A stretch of 64,000 bases of DNA, taken from Callorhinchus milii (Eukaryota). The notes under the pieces were generated by a model that was given only the letters and a program-made list of their open reading frames with translations, made no database searches and had not been told where the DNA came from. The stretch lies in the NCBI RefSeq assembly GCF_018977255.1, contig NW_024704742.1, positions 55,430,001-55,494,000 of the forward strand. Reading direction: 5' to 3'. A program made the translations under genes and the position numbers. Shown piece after piece: positions 45,991-58,650 of this stretch. The first letter of the stretch is position 1. Every line of letters begins with the position of its first letter.

Positions 45991-47851
45991 CTTTGATCCA
46001 GGACTAATGCTGTTCCTTTGGAATGAGGACATCGATTCCATTTATTCTATCTCGATTGACAGAAAATCTAAACAATTACTGCAATTCCTATTGTCATAAA
46101 GGACCATGATCCAATTACTCCTGGATATACTGCTAGGTGTCGGGTTATACATCAACAGACATGCTGTTTCTGAAGCAATTGTCAGCAACTGATCTGCAGG
46201 TAATTGTTCATCCTCAGCATCCAGACCAAATGGCACCTGGGTGAGGATTTATTTGCTTAGAAATAATATAACATTGTAAACGATAGTGGAAAATATGCCT
46301 GATAAAATCAGGTGAAATGTTCTTATGATCCTGGTCCTGGCTCATTGTTCTTGGTCTCTATTTCTTTTTTGTTCATATAAATGTAATATTGTTATATTTA
46401 ACTGAAAACTTGACTTTAAAGAAAGTAAGGAGCTTAAAGCTTTCCACTGACGATTCAATAACTTCTCTAGCCGAGAGGCTTAACATTTTTCAACAAATCA
46501 GTACTTTGTTGCCAAGATTTCACAAAATTGCCAGCTGAGGGCAGGTAAAAGACAGAAAGGGAAGGTATGCAAGAAGGCCTTTTTTTTGATTTAGAGGGAG
46601 CTTGAAAACAAGTGTCTGATCCATTTTATACTTTACATATTGTGGACCATAACATTTTGCCTGTTGCTATATATTTCATTGCAATTTAAAGAAATACTAT
46701 AGTAATAGCCATTTTTGTTGGAAAAAATCTGCTCTGTGTTTGAGAATCTCTAGCTATACTAGCTCATGAGCTAGCTACGTGGGTCCAGAGTTTTAAGGAC
46801 AGATCAGCTAGGTTTAAGAGGTCAGAACCGCAGGACAGAAGACATCAACGGGAGCCAAAGAGTATGGCTTCTGACTTGTTGACGTTAAACTGCAAGAAAT
46901 TTGCGCTCATCCAGTCCTTGATATCTGTCAGACAAGCTGACAGAACATCAGAGGACCGGGGGTCGCAGTTGAAGGAGGAGAAGTAGAGTTGAGTATCATC
47001 CGCATACATGTGAAAGTTAACCCCGTGTCTGTGGATCACATCACCAAGAGAAAGCATATAGATGAGGAAGAGAAGGGGGCCAAAGATGGAGCCTCAGGTG
47101 ACTGGGTGGGGGTAAGAAAAAATAACATTTGCAGAAATGTAGTGCTGGTGGTATGTAAGGTAGGACTCGAACCAAGCAAGTGCGGTCCCACTGAGGTGGA
47201 TGATGGAAGAGAGGCAGTGGAGGAGGATGGAGTGATCAACTGTGTTGAACTCGGTGGAGAGGTCCAGGAGGACAAGCAGGCAGAGAGAGCCCTGGTCTCA
47301 GATAGAGAGGACATCATTTGTGACTTTCACAAGCGCTGCCTCTGTACTGTGGGCAGGGCGGAAACCGGACCAGAGGGATTTGAGTAGGGAATGGATTGAG
47401 AGATGTGCGTGAAGTTGGTTGGCAACAACATGTTCCAAAGCTTTGGCCAGGAAGGGCAAATTTGAGATAGGGTGGTAGTGACCGAGGCTGGAGTGGTCGA
47501 GGGTAAGTTTTTTTTAAGGAGTGGAGTGATGACAACAGTTTTGATGGGGAGTGGGACTGATCCTGAGGAGAGGGACTGAGTAATGGTGTCTGCCAACAGT
47601 GGGAAGAAGATGGGGAGCTGGGTGATCAACAGCTGGGTGGGGAGGGGGGTTGAAGCAGCAGGTGGTGGGTTTTATCAGGGTGATGGAGGATTAGAGGGAG
47701 GAAGGACAGATGGGGGGCTAACGAATGTAGGATGGGAGCTGTGGTAGGAGCTGAGGGGTGTTTGGGTGAAGGAGACGGAATGGGCTGAGGGTGAGGGTGG
47801 TAGAGAACATGGGGCAGGAGGATGAGACTGCCAGGCAGATGTTTTGACCCG

Positions 47852-48035
47852 TTAAGACCCGTCTCAAGACCCTCCTCTTTGACCGTGCCTTCAGTCACCC
47901 TCCTCCCCCCCCCCTACCCTTCACCCTTCCCATTCCTAACTCTCAGCTTGGGACTGAAACACTGATTGTCCAGCGTCTCGGGATGTCCTCCCATTGTGAA
48001 AGGTGCTATACAAACATAATATTGTTGTTGTTGTT
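47852..48035 (+). mobile_element. L2 3' end nested in opposite-strand L2
   Basis: ttaagacccgtctcaagaccctcctctttgaccgtgcc...gggatgtcctcccattgtgaaaggtgctatac, (TTG)n. Confidence 0.9.
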
Positions 48036-48066
48036 TTCTATTTTGGAGGTCCATGACTTCTTCACA

Positions 48067-48160
48067 CTTTTGATGTAATGATTGAGGGTGCTTGAGGGCT
48101 TTTGATGTAATGATTGAAGGTGCTTGAGGGCTTTTGATGTAATGATTGAGGGTGCTTGAG
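48067..48160. repeat. Tandem repeat, 32-bp unit x ~3
   Basis: cttttgatgtaatgattgagggtgcttgaggg at 48067, 48099 (one mismatch) and 48131 (30 bp). Confidence 0.95.
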
Positions 48161-48859
48161 AGGTGCACGGAGGAAGTGGTGGTGGTGGAGAATAAGATTT
48201 TGGAGTTATTTTTCAGCATCCAGAATGATCTTTGAGCAGTATACAGTTTTTGCTTGCAAGAGGGAATGGCAGTAGGTGTGAAGATTCTCGAGCAACCGGG
48301 TTTGTGATTTTAGGGAGCGGAGATGGCTGTTGTACCAGGGGAGTGGGTAGGTTTGGAAATCGTCCTGGATTTCAGGGGGCAATGGAGTTGAAGGTGGAGG
48401 TGAGGTGATCATGGAGTAGCTTGACAGTTGCATCAGGCTCGCTGGGGGTGGAAGGCCAGAGGGAGAGAAGGTCTGAGGATAGAAGGCATTTGTGAGGGTC
48501 TTGGGTGGGGCGGGGGGGGGGGAGCCTTTTACCCAGTCTCCCAAATTCCTGACTGTCCCACCGCTCATTGACCCTCAAGTCCCCACCACTCACTGACGCC
48601 TGACTCAGTGGTGGCTCTGGGGAAATTGTCAGCTACTTGCACATTTGAAAGGATTTTAGAGGAAGGTCTTAGCACTGGGTCAGAATGTGCAGAATTGGGT
48701 TATGATGTGAAGATGCATGCTTCATGTAAAGCTGTTCTGAAATCTCAAATCAACCTTTAATAAGCTCTTGTGAAGTAGCACTGCTCATGGAACTTGAGTT
48801 ACAAAGTACTGAGGGGGTGGGTTAACAATATCAGAGAAAGCTTGAGAACGGCAAGAAAG

Positions 48860-49460
48860 CACAAGGATCACTTGTCACAGCAAGACCACAGCATTGGTGA
48901 ATTTGACAAGGGTTGTCTTGGTACTGTGGTTGAAGCAGAAGCCAGATTTGATGGACCTATACAGGGAGTGGTGGGAGAGGAAGAAATGGGCATGGGAGAT
49001 GGCAAATCATTCCAGCAACTGGAGAAGAAGGGCAAGTTGGAGATACAGCTAGAGTGTTGGGAATGGTCCTCTGTAAATCTTTGGGAAGGGGATGGTTGTG
49101 GTTTTGAAAGAGAGGGATTCCATGCCTGAAGAAAAGGAGAGATGGATGATGGGAGATGGTGGATGAAGCTGAGTGGGAATGGGATCAAGGGATTAGATGG
49201 TGAGTTTCATGTGGGAGATAAGGGGGGAAGAGGGGAAAATGTGGTCAAACATTTGGAGGGTGGTGTAACTGTAAGCAGAGACGTGGTGGAGAGGGATGAT
49301 GGGGTGAAGGAAACAGGCAGCTAAATAGATCTTGCACATTTTGGACACCAGGAAGTCAGTGACCTACTCATATTTGGAATTGGATGTGAGAATGGAGGTA
49401 GAAATGGAGGTTAGACGAAGGAAGTGGTTGATCATGGAGAAGAGGATCTTGGGGTTATTT
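48860..49460 (-). mobile_element. Very old L2 RT fragment
   Basis: ISNLPFFSS.., QSGFCFNHSTKT.LVKFTN on the minus strand. Confidence 0.65.
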
Positions 49461-50409
49461 TTACTATAATAAAGACTTTTATGTAATACTATGAAAAAAA
49501 AGAAAAACAAACTTTATTTTAAAAATAAAGTAATTAAAATAGAACTGTGGTTTGACTCACATGAAAAAAAGGTGCTTCTGATTTAGCCAGAACACAACAG
49601 TGCAGAAGGGTAAGCATTTGCCACATGATCCCTTTAAAATGAGGGCATCTTTTTAGTTTTACATTTCAGGGAAAGATGATGGATGCTTTTATTCACAAAA
49701 TGATGCATTCATGATGAACTAGGTATCAATTTTGAAGAATGTTTAATTATGTTTTTGAATTACCCTGTCCTGGTATTACAAATGATGGGTTAATGTTTTT
49801 TCGCATTATAGAATTCCCTGGTAATTTTGAAAGATTAAAGAGACTCTTACTTTATGAGTGGAGGAGGTGGGTTTAAGAATAGCTACATTGGCTCGACGGT
49901 AAGTAAAAAAAGTGAACTCAGTTGAGATCCATGCGTGAAATTAACTCTTTAAGTTGTCCCTTAGTCCCACAATTAAATCCCCTCTAAGCATTGAAAGTCT
50001 CAATTGAAATAAAGGGATTTGAAAGCTATGAATTATTATTAAATTTATGATTGACTTGTGCCTGGAAATATTTTTTGTGAAATATGATATTTTTAAAGTT
50101 CCAATTGGCTGAAGTTGAATTGCAGGTGGGTTAAACATAACTGCATTTAATTGTTAACATTTCCACACAACTGCAGGTGAAGCCATTTTTCAAAATGATT
50201 GTATGCTACAAATTGATAATTTGTGAGGAAATGATTAACTCTAGTTTTAACCCGCATTAAACCTTCAGATTGCAATAATATACACTAAAGTCAAGATGAC
50301 TGATGCAATTGATTTAGATTTTGGTCAGACAGGTTTCTGACACAAGCAAAAAACCTTCAAAAGGCTTATGAGTATCAGACTGAGACCAGACTGATTGTTA
50401 CACATACAT

Positions 50410-51299
50410 CTGCGCCTTGGGACGTCCTCCTGACGTGAAAGGTGCTAAACTAAATAATAATAATAATGTCAACAAGACCAAGACCCTCCTGCTTGGCTCC
50501 AGTGAGGGCCTCCATACCTTGAGCGCTGACAGCATCTCCCTCCATGGATGCACTCGACTTCTCACGTAGCCAATACGGAACCTCAGCGTCCTATTCAATC
50601 CTCAACTATCCTTCATATCCCACTTCCGTCCCATGACCCGCTCCGCCTTTACCCACCTCCACAACATCACCCGGCTCCACCACTGTCTCGCACCGCAGGC
50701 CACCGAGACCGTCATACACGCATTCATAACATCCAGGCTCGACTATGCAAATTCCCTGCTTGTCGGCCTCCCCAACTCCTCCCTCTATGATCTAAGGGCT
50801 GCAGATCATCCAGAACTCTGCAGCCCGTGTCCTCTGTGACCCTATCAACCCCATCCTCGCCCAACTCCACTAGCTTCCCATCACACAGAGGATACAGTTC
50901 AAGATCTTGCTTCTCACCTTCAAAGCCCTCCATGGTCTTGCTGCCCACCACCCCTGCAACCTCCTAACCCCATATTAACCTGCTCGCTCCCTCAGCTCAG
51001 TGGGAACTGGCCTGCTTCATGTCCCCCACCTCGCCCGCCCCACCATTGACGGGCGGACCTTCAACCACCCTCTGGAACTCCATGCCACAGTCCCTCCACC
51101 TCACTCCTTCCCTTGCCTCCTTCAAGACCCATCTTAATATTGTCCTCTTCGACCGTGCCTTCAGTCACCCTCCTTACCCCCTTGGCCCCACCCTCCCCGA
51201 TCCAGAACCCTAGCTTGGGTCTGCAGAACTGTATGTCCAGCTCCTTGGGACGTTCTCGAGATGTGAAAGGCGCTATGCAAATGTCATTTTATTTGTTGT
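50410..51299 (+). mobile_element. Isolated L2-type tail with (AAT)n (50410-50467) followed by an L2 3' part
   Basis: gcgccttgggacgtcctcctgacgtgaaaggtgc; then NKTK.LL.GS..HAFITSRLDYANSLL..LWNSMP..; tail at 51240-51299. Confidence 0.9.
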
Positions 51300-51475
51300 A
51301 ATCCTTGCATTTGATACAGCACCTTATCATGTCTTCGAGACATCTCAAAGTGCTTCACAGGATATATTGCAAATTGAATTGACTGTGTATATTATTGGTG
51401 AAATGCGGCAGCCAATTGTGCACAGTGGTGCCCCACAAACAGTTGTGGATTGAGTGACAAAATTATTATTATTTT
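51299..51475 (-). mobile_element. SINE 3' part, tail-to-tail with L2
   Basis: aatccttgcatttgatacagcacc...cccacaaacagttgtggattgagtgac. Confidence 0.9.
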
Positions 51476-51599
51476 TTTCACATGGGAATAGACAATTCAT
51501 GATGATTCCCAAATCCTCAGGATCACTGATTACAAATGTAATTTACTGTTGTTTTATGCCACCTATATGTGGAATGGAGTGTGCACTCTCTCCTGGCAA

Positions 51600-52160
51600 A
51601 CGGCTTACCTAATTCTGGAATTAGGCACAGGTTGGTAAAACCCAAGGCTTGGAGAACTCAAAGTGCATGTTGGTGTACGACAACAACAAATTTATTTATA
51701 AAACAGCTTCCACGTTGGGAGGATGTATGCTGGACAGACGAGGAATTGCACCTGAGCTGAAGATTGGAATCAAGAGGGGTGGATGGCAAGGGAGGTGGGG
51801 GCTGGTGGGTTGGGGGGAGGAAGTTAGTAGTCTAATGCATTTCTGGAGTTACAAACAACAAAAATCACATTGCTTGCCATTAAAAGCCCTGCCTGGTGAG
51901 TTCCCACTCCTTGACCAAATTGGACAGCCCTATCCATTAGATCTTTCGCTTACAGGGTTAACAGGAGCTGAGTGGGAAGAATCCCTGCTCCTAGTGAATG
52001 GTTCCAAGTCCTGTTGTTGAGCCGGTCAGACTGATCTTTCAGCAGCAGTGTCCTGGAATATTGCAGACTCGCCTGGCTCATGATCCACTCTACTCAGACT
52101 TGATTTCGACATTCTGTTGTCAAGCACATCACTTTGGAAACAGTTCAGCTCCAAGGTGAT
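51600..52160 (+). repeat. Unclassified interspersed repeat, copy B (L2 tail inserted at about 51677-51830)
   Basis: gttggtaaaacccaaggcttgg, cagggttaacaggagct, cagcagtgtcctggaatattgcagactcgcctggctca, tcagctccaagg shared with copy A. Confidence 0.7.
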
Positions 52161-53174
52161 TACTTCCCTCTCTGCTCCCCCCCCCCGCCCCCCCCCACGC
52201 CTGGAGGATAATCCTAGTACAATCAAGTTATAGGCATTTGTCACCATTTACTGATATTCGTCACAGACTTTAAGGTTAAAGTAGAGCCCCCAAATACAGA
52301 AAATGTAATAAAATGCAATATGCTGATTTGATTTATTTGTAACATCTATTAGCATTGGAGAAATGATATATAACTTGGAAATCACCAACAAGCTCTTTTG
52401 ATTTTTGGAGCTCATAAGCAAGTTCTGTAAATTGCACTTTGCAACCTCACCTTGCTCAGACAAAGGAAAAAATAGAACTGGAAATAAATGAGTACAAAAA
52501 GAAAGAACAGGCAATTCAGTCCAGTTACTCTTCAGTCCACTCAAAACACAACAACATGCTTTGTCCTAGAGAGAAGCTTCAGATAGATACTTCCTTATGC
52601 AAATGATCAACGACTGCCTCAACATTTTTCTTTGCCCACATCTTGACTATTCATACCTGGCCTCCTTTCTTGAATAGACACATTCCCCTGCCTGTGATCC
52701 TAGCAGCGCAGAAATCATTATTATTGCACAGTATTTGCCCTTCTCAGTCTAAACTATCCCTACATCCTCCAGTGCTATTCTAACGAGAAATTCCTTCAGA
52801 CAATCATTGTGTCAAAGCAGCAAGAGGATTGAGATTCAATTTAACATTTTATATGCCCGTTTGAGACTCCCTCTGAGATCTCTGTGTCTCTACCTCTTTG
52901 ACTGAGCTGTCAGTTACCTTTCCCTTCCCCACTCCCAGCTCAGGGGCCAAACTAGTATTGTTAAGTGCTGTGGGATGTCCTCTGGACATGAAAGACATGA
53001 TATAAATGTACATTTGCATTTTCTTTATTCATGGCTAAATAACTATTGCTGATCATTTTGTGGATCATCCCTGGAGTCATCCTTGTTACTCTCTTCTATA
53101 CTATTGTTTGCCACAAAATACATAGGGTCATCCCACTTTACAATATATCCTGTGAGGTCCTTGAGACATCTTCA

Positions 53175-53397
53175 TCTTTTGGATGAGACTTTTAACTGAG
53201 ATCCTATATCCCTGTTCAGGGGGATGTTAAATATCTCATGGACCTATTCAAAAAGAGAAGGGAGTTTCTCCCGTGTCCTGGTCAACAATCCCACAAAACA
53301 CACAGTCACTGTACTTTCAAAATCCTGTGAAGCGTTTTAAGATGTCTCCACAATGTGATAAGGTGCGAAATCAAATGCAAGGATTATTATTATTATT
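53175..53397 (+). mobile_element. Deu-domain SINE, core plus tail
   Basis: ggatgagacttttaactgag...ggatgttaaatatctcatgg...ggagtttctcccgtgtcctgg; (ATT)n. Confidence 0.85.
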
Positions 53398-53769
53398 TTT
53401 AATGTCTCTTGACTTGAACAGCACATTATAACTTTCTTCAGTTTACTTAATTGTTTTGGAATAAACAGCAAGAGGCTTCTGAACTTCAGTCATGCAGCAC
53501 ATCATCACCACGCAGTGAGTGTGAAACAGTTTCAAGGTATTGTGGACCAAATGGTCTCCTTCTGAGCTGTCAAATTCTATGATTTTATGAATTCTATACT
53601 TCAATCAACTTTGAAATTCTCTGATTTAGTTTTATCTGAGACTTTTGACTTACCTAGTATATTGCATTTGTGGTCATCATATTACTTCTGTCTGTCTATA
53701 TTTAATTGCATTAGATATAAATGTCCCCAACTGTTCTTCCTCATTTTCAGTGGGTGAGCTTTCTGCTCC

Positions 53770-54010
53770 CCCACACTCTCTGGAAATCAATCCCAGAATC
53801 TCTTTGACTCAACGGTCCCTCCTTACTTTCAAAAACCTGCCTTAAGAATCATCTGTTTGATTGCTCTTTGGTTTATCTTTATCCCCCTCCTACTCCCACC
53901 CTCCTCAGCTCCCTCCCTTTCTTCAGCTCGGGTGCTGAGCCAGCTGTGTAAAGTGCTTTGAGAAGTTTCTCCCAACATGAAAGGCGCTATATAAATCTAA
54001 ATTGCATTGT
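53770..54010 (+). mobile_element. Old L2 3' end
   Basis: ctctggaaatcaatccc..FKNLPxNHLFD; tail aaaggcgctatataaat. Confidence 0.65.
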
Positions 54011-55469
54011 ATAAATTTTTTTTGGTATTGAAGCAAAACTGTGTTGGGCTGAATATATCTGAAAGAGACAGAGAGTAGCAAGAGATGCCACCCAAATATA
54101 TATAGTACAATTCTGTTATGACATGGGTTTGTTTAGGGTGTGGACCCTGACAAGGGTCAGAAGGTCTTTGTGCATGCATTTTTGAGGAGGCGGTGTGGAT
54201 TTTATGGACCCCAACAACTGTGTTATAACTGTCTACCAAATATTGAGGACGTGTTGTAAAAGTCATGAACTGCGTTGCCATATAATAAGGTGAGTGTTAT
54301 AAGGGTGCAGTTATAGTACATAGGGAGTCTGTTTATATGAATTGAACAGACATCTTAAAACCAATTCATGTTTTGGGTGAGGATGGTGTTCATATGATGA
54401 CTAAAATCTTGAATCACTGATGGGTTTAGGGATCCTACCGCAGGGGCCATTTAGCTTACTGCTGAAACCATTTTTGTGCACGTTTGAAAACATATTAGTA
54501 TGAAGTTGTTCACCTGAGTACCACTTACAAAGCAAAGCCAATTGACATTTCAGAGCAATGCAAGAGATTTTGTAAAACTCATCCAGAAAATGCCAAATCA
54601 ATTTTTCATGCCACCATGAGTTAAAGTCTCCCTGCAAAAGAGTCTCCAAATGAAGGTAATTAAAAATGATCCATCTGTAAAACATTGAGTTTGGACTCAA
54701 CCATAGTTCATAATGATATATTATTGGGTAACAAAAAAAAGATTTGATTTTAGAGGGAAAAATATTAGCAGAAACAGATATTTTTNGGTTATAACAAGCT
54801 ACATTTTAGATGATTTAGAACCCCTGATAGTGTGCAGTAAATCTTTGAGTCACATGAAGAATATATGTAAGGATCAACACAATTATTGGAATTAATTGTG
54901 ATGAAATGCAGTAGATCTCTCTGTGACACATCTTGACCTCTGATATTACACATTCGGTCATAAAATTTACATTTTTATAACTGCCTCATTAATTCAGAGA
55001 CTTCATAAACCATTCACTAACTCTTTTTCTCGGGCGTGCCTTTTGTACAGCTTTGAAAGATAGTGTCTTTATTGCATTATTATGTTTGCAGCATTTTAGA
55101 AATTTTAATTTAAAAATACAAAACCACTATATATAATGAGGATTGAAAACCTCTGGGTAATTCAGAGTATAGTAGTCAGGAATTGTCAGTCGGTAGGTAG
55201 CAGAAATCTTGGAGGTTTAGTCATGTTTAGATTAGTCACATTTAAGATGATTTGCTTGGGGTAAATGTTTTTGTGGTTGTGACTAAGGAAATAACTTGAC
55301 CCCAAACAAAACACTTAAACAACAGAAATTCTATTAGGTTAATTTAAGAGGTTAGCTATTTGAGTGGTTATGGGTCTGGTGTGAGTTTTGCATGAATAGT
55401 GCTTCTGTTCAGTTTCTGAGAAGTGACTTTATCACTGACTTTATCCCTGAAACCATTCACCACCATAGA

Positions 55470-55787
55470 TATTAGCCGGGCCAATAGAAAAGTGTGGGCG
55501 CACTTGCCCTGCATTTTCCACTACAACAGCCTTCGCCCACTATAAACCCGCTACAATCAGCTCCTCGGGCATTAACCTTTATACACAGTGCACTAGGCCC
55601 CAGGCATCCTGCGCTGTTTGCTCGACACCGCTACTATGGCTGGAGCAGCTCCGATTGCTCATGTGCGCTGAATTTTGCGATCACGGAGGCGGTATTTGGC
55701 GGGAAATCGACTTTGCTGGTGAATAAACCTCGATAGGAAAAGCAGCTGCATCACACACTATTGTATTGCAACACATTCTGGGTAAGT
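55470..55787 (+). promoter_or_regulatory. CpG-rich block with CCAAT, TATA-like box and splice donor (candidate promoter/first exon, or a DNA-transposon remnant)
   Basis: CCAAT 55481, TATAAA 55541, about 16 CpGs in 260 bp, TGG|GTAAGT at 55781/55782. Confidence 0.3.
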
Positions 55788-55868
55788 GGTGCACTATTCG
55801 AATTAAAATATTTAGTATGTTAAGCATAACTACATTTTCAGGAAATATATACCTCTAGTTATAATCAG

Positions 55869-56145
55869 CATTGTAAAATGAATTGACTGTATTTTTTGGG
55901 TCGAAACGCGGCAGCCAATTGCCATAGCAGTGTCCCACAAACAGTCATGGATTGAAGTGACCGATTTTTTTGAAAGGAATTATTACCCCCAAAAAGCGAT
56001 TTGCCAATCGACTAACAACCGGGTTCCTACTTAGTGCTAGGTAAACAGAGGCGTGTGGAGTAAGGAAACATTTCGCCCTGCCGGGAATCGAAGCCAGGTC
56101 TCTCACTTGTGAGGCGAGTACTCTAACTACTGAGCTACAGGACTC
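55869..56145 (-). mobile_element. tRNA-Ala SINE long form lacking the extreme tail
   Basis: ccaatcgactaacaaccgggttcctacttagtgctaggtaaacagaggcg module and head ctctaactactgagctacaggactc. Confidence 0.9.
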
Positions 56146-57684
56146 ATAATAGCTTTAAAAAGAGAAGCTGACACATATGCGATAAATAAAAATATAAAAG
56201 GGCATGGGGAAAGGGCAAGTGAGTGGGATACCTCTTTATGAGAGCCAGTTCAGTCACATTGAGCCAAACAGCCTCCATCTGTGCTATAAAATTCAGTGGT
56301 TCTATGGAAATAAAAAAATATGAATGCATGACTAAATTAGAATAAATAGTTCTTAGGTTAGAGGCAATTTACTAAATTTGCTTGCCAGCTGAACAGCAAA
56401 CAGCTTCTGAATTAAGGTCTAAAATTCAGAGCTGGAGTGCAGTAAAATAAAACATGAATTAGTCCTGCCTTGGAAAGATGCCTAACTTTTACAATGAGTC
56501 ATCTTAGAACCAGCCTTATTTTTATGACCGTTTTGTGAAAACAGTGACAGGTTTAGTATTTGTTATCTTTCTCTGCAGGGTTTAGGCTCTTAAAGTTGTG
56601 CTTTCATTAATAGCTTTCAAACAGTCACTGGTTACTATGGATTCAAGTGAAATTAATTTGTAGGTGAAATGTTGCTCTTTGATTGATCACTGGCTCAGTA
56701 CATTGGCATCTTAGGTCACATTGGAATGGAAATAGGTCTCAGCTGGGTCATTAATTCCCTTTCATGCTTCTCTCTGGGGGCTGCTCGGGCCATTATGTGG
56801 ACTTTTGCTTGCAGCTTTTCAAACGTCTTCTCTGGTTTCTTACTGGTTAGTCATTGTCCTTGCCATTGCTAATAGCCTTTCATAATGCTATGTGAAAGCA
56901 AAGCGCTGATGTCAATTTAACGTTGGTTAGAGGACGTTTATTGCTGTAAAATCATTTCTGGATTGGATTTCAACTTTCCATCAGTTTGACCGCACCTGTT
57001 AAGAGTGTATTAAACCTTCAAATATTTTCAGCTCCTAAATTGTTGTAATCTGAAAAATAAAGTTCTCTGGGTTTAATTTAGTGCACATTAACCTGAATCA
57101 CATTTACCTGAGATACCATTTTCAGAATAATCTGGGTCAAACTGATATATAGAAATGTCATAGTAATGAAAATAACAAATTCCAAACTGGAAAATGTATA
57201 ATTGGGAGACCTAAATGATGCATTCATACAGCTTTTGCTCATTTGCAACTGCACTTTGTGTTCTTGAAATTGTTTGTCTCAATAAAGCTTTATCAGCTGT
57301 ATGGTAGGCAACATTTATTTTACTTGGTATGATCCTTGAAGAATACAGATGCACATTTGCAAATATGCAGTGTAATAATTATTAATGCAAAGGCAGACTT
57401 TGAATAAAAAATCTGAGACAGCAAAGATATACATTTTATCCTGAATTTCATCAGCATCTGTAATCCATGTAAATTCAGAGTTTGATTTTGATAATGCTTC
57501 AACACTGTTTGTGCACTTTGAACTTAAAATCAGCTCATCCGAAGCAAATTTGGGGGGGATCGTTAAGTGCTTCAAACATGCAGGCCAAAGCCTTAAGAGG
57601 TTCAATGGTCCTGTTGTAAAAGTATCATACCATGCAGTTACTAATGATATTAAACTTTGATCCTGGACTGTAGCCTAAAGATAG

Positions 57685-58011
57685 ATAATAATAATAATAA
57701 TAATAATCCTTGCATTTGATATAGCGCTTTTCACGTCGGGAGGACATCCCAAAACGCTTCACAGAACACATTGTAAAGTGAATTGACTGTATATTTGTGG
57801 GCGAACCCGGCAGCCAATTGTGCACAGCAATGTCCCACAAACAGTCGTAGATTGAAAATTACCAATTTATTATTGTTTTGTTTTGGAGGAATTATTATTA
57901 GGCTCTGTGTGGAGTAAGGAAACTTGCCCAAGGTTTCGCCCTGCCTGGAATTAAACTCGGGTCTCTCGCTTGCAAAGCGAGTGCTCTGACCACTGAGCTA
58001 CAGGACTCCAC
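57685..58011 (-). mobile_element. tRNA-Ala SINE short form, full length, young
   Basis: long (AAT)n tail, L2-type loop, intact head; aagata in both flanks may be a short TSD. Confidence 0.95.
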
Positions 58012-58319
58012 AAGATATAGAAGGATGCAATGAAGATAGTCACTGAAGTTCTAGCTCTCTGCTGTAACCAATCAAAGACATATGAAAGTAATTTTATCAA
58101 CAGTTGGTGTACTATAAACTTACAAACAATTTTCATATTAGTTTTTTTTAATAAGTTTCTTTTTCTTTACCACTGCCATCTGTTTCTTATGACCATCTAA
58201 TGACTACCCTGTTTGGAAATGGGGGTGGGAAGGTGGGAAGTAAGCAGAGTATTTTGTGGCTGAGCTGGGTCAAGGTGACGCTCCTAACAATGGAATATTG
58301 GAATTGAGTTGACCCTCTG

Positions 58320-58650
58320 TGGCCACCTTGGAAGTCTGTGACCTGAGCCAATGGATCTGCAGTAGTTAAATGCACTATTCATAAAAGATCAGACAGCCTG
58401 GTTTGCTGGCAGGACAACAACAACAAATTACACTTGTGTAGCACCCTTCACATCGGACAGACTTCCCAGGGGGCTGGACAGGCGGTGGTTTTGGACCTGA
58501 GGACTTGGAAGACAGGACTTGGAGCAATTGTTCACCCTGTAAAGCCAAAGCCCTAATGACGAGGGATGGTTCTAGCTGGTGTAGAGTGGGAATCTTGCCA
58601 GACAGAGCTTGTGATGACAAGTTATGCAGTGTTAGCTGGTTAAATACCAG
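58320..58650 (-). repeat. Unclassified interspersed repeat, copy D (L2 tail inserted at about 58414-58500)
   Basis: caccttgga, ctgagcca, accctgtaaagccaaagccctaatg, gttagctggttaaataccagca are reverse complements of copy A/B blocks. Confidence 0.6.

Larger units (their letters stand above)
46785..48600 (-). mobile_element. Older L2 ORF2 segment (pre-RT to RT) with insertions
   Basis: PWYNSHLRSLK, LFSTT..L, LADTITQSLSSGSVP..KT.VITPLLKK, HGVNFHMYADDTQLY..DIKDWMSANFLQFNVNKSEAILFG. Confidence 0.9.

Noticed and set aside
48067..48160. CRISPR-like array
   Set aside because: Units are contiguous with no spacers, the context is eukaryotic and there are no cas genes
54401..54700. GDFN motif suggesting a LINE endonuclease relic
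   Set aside because: A single short motif with no other endonuclease motifs visible
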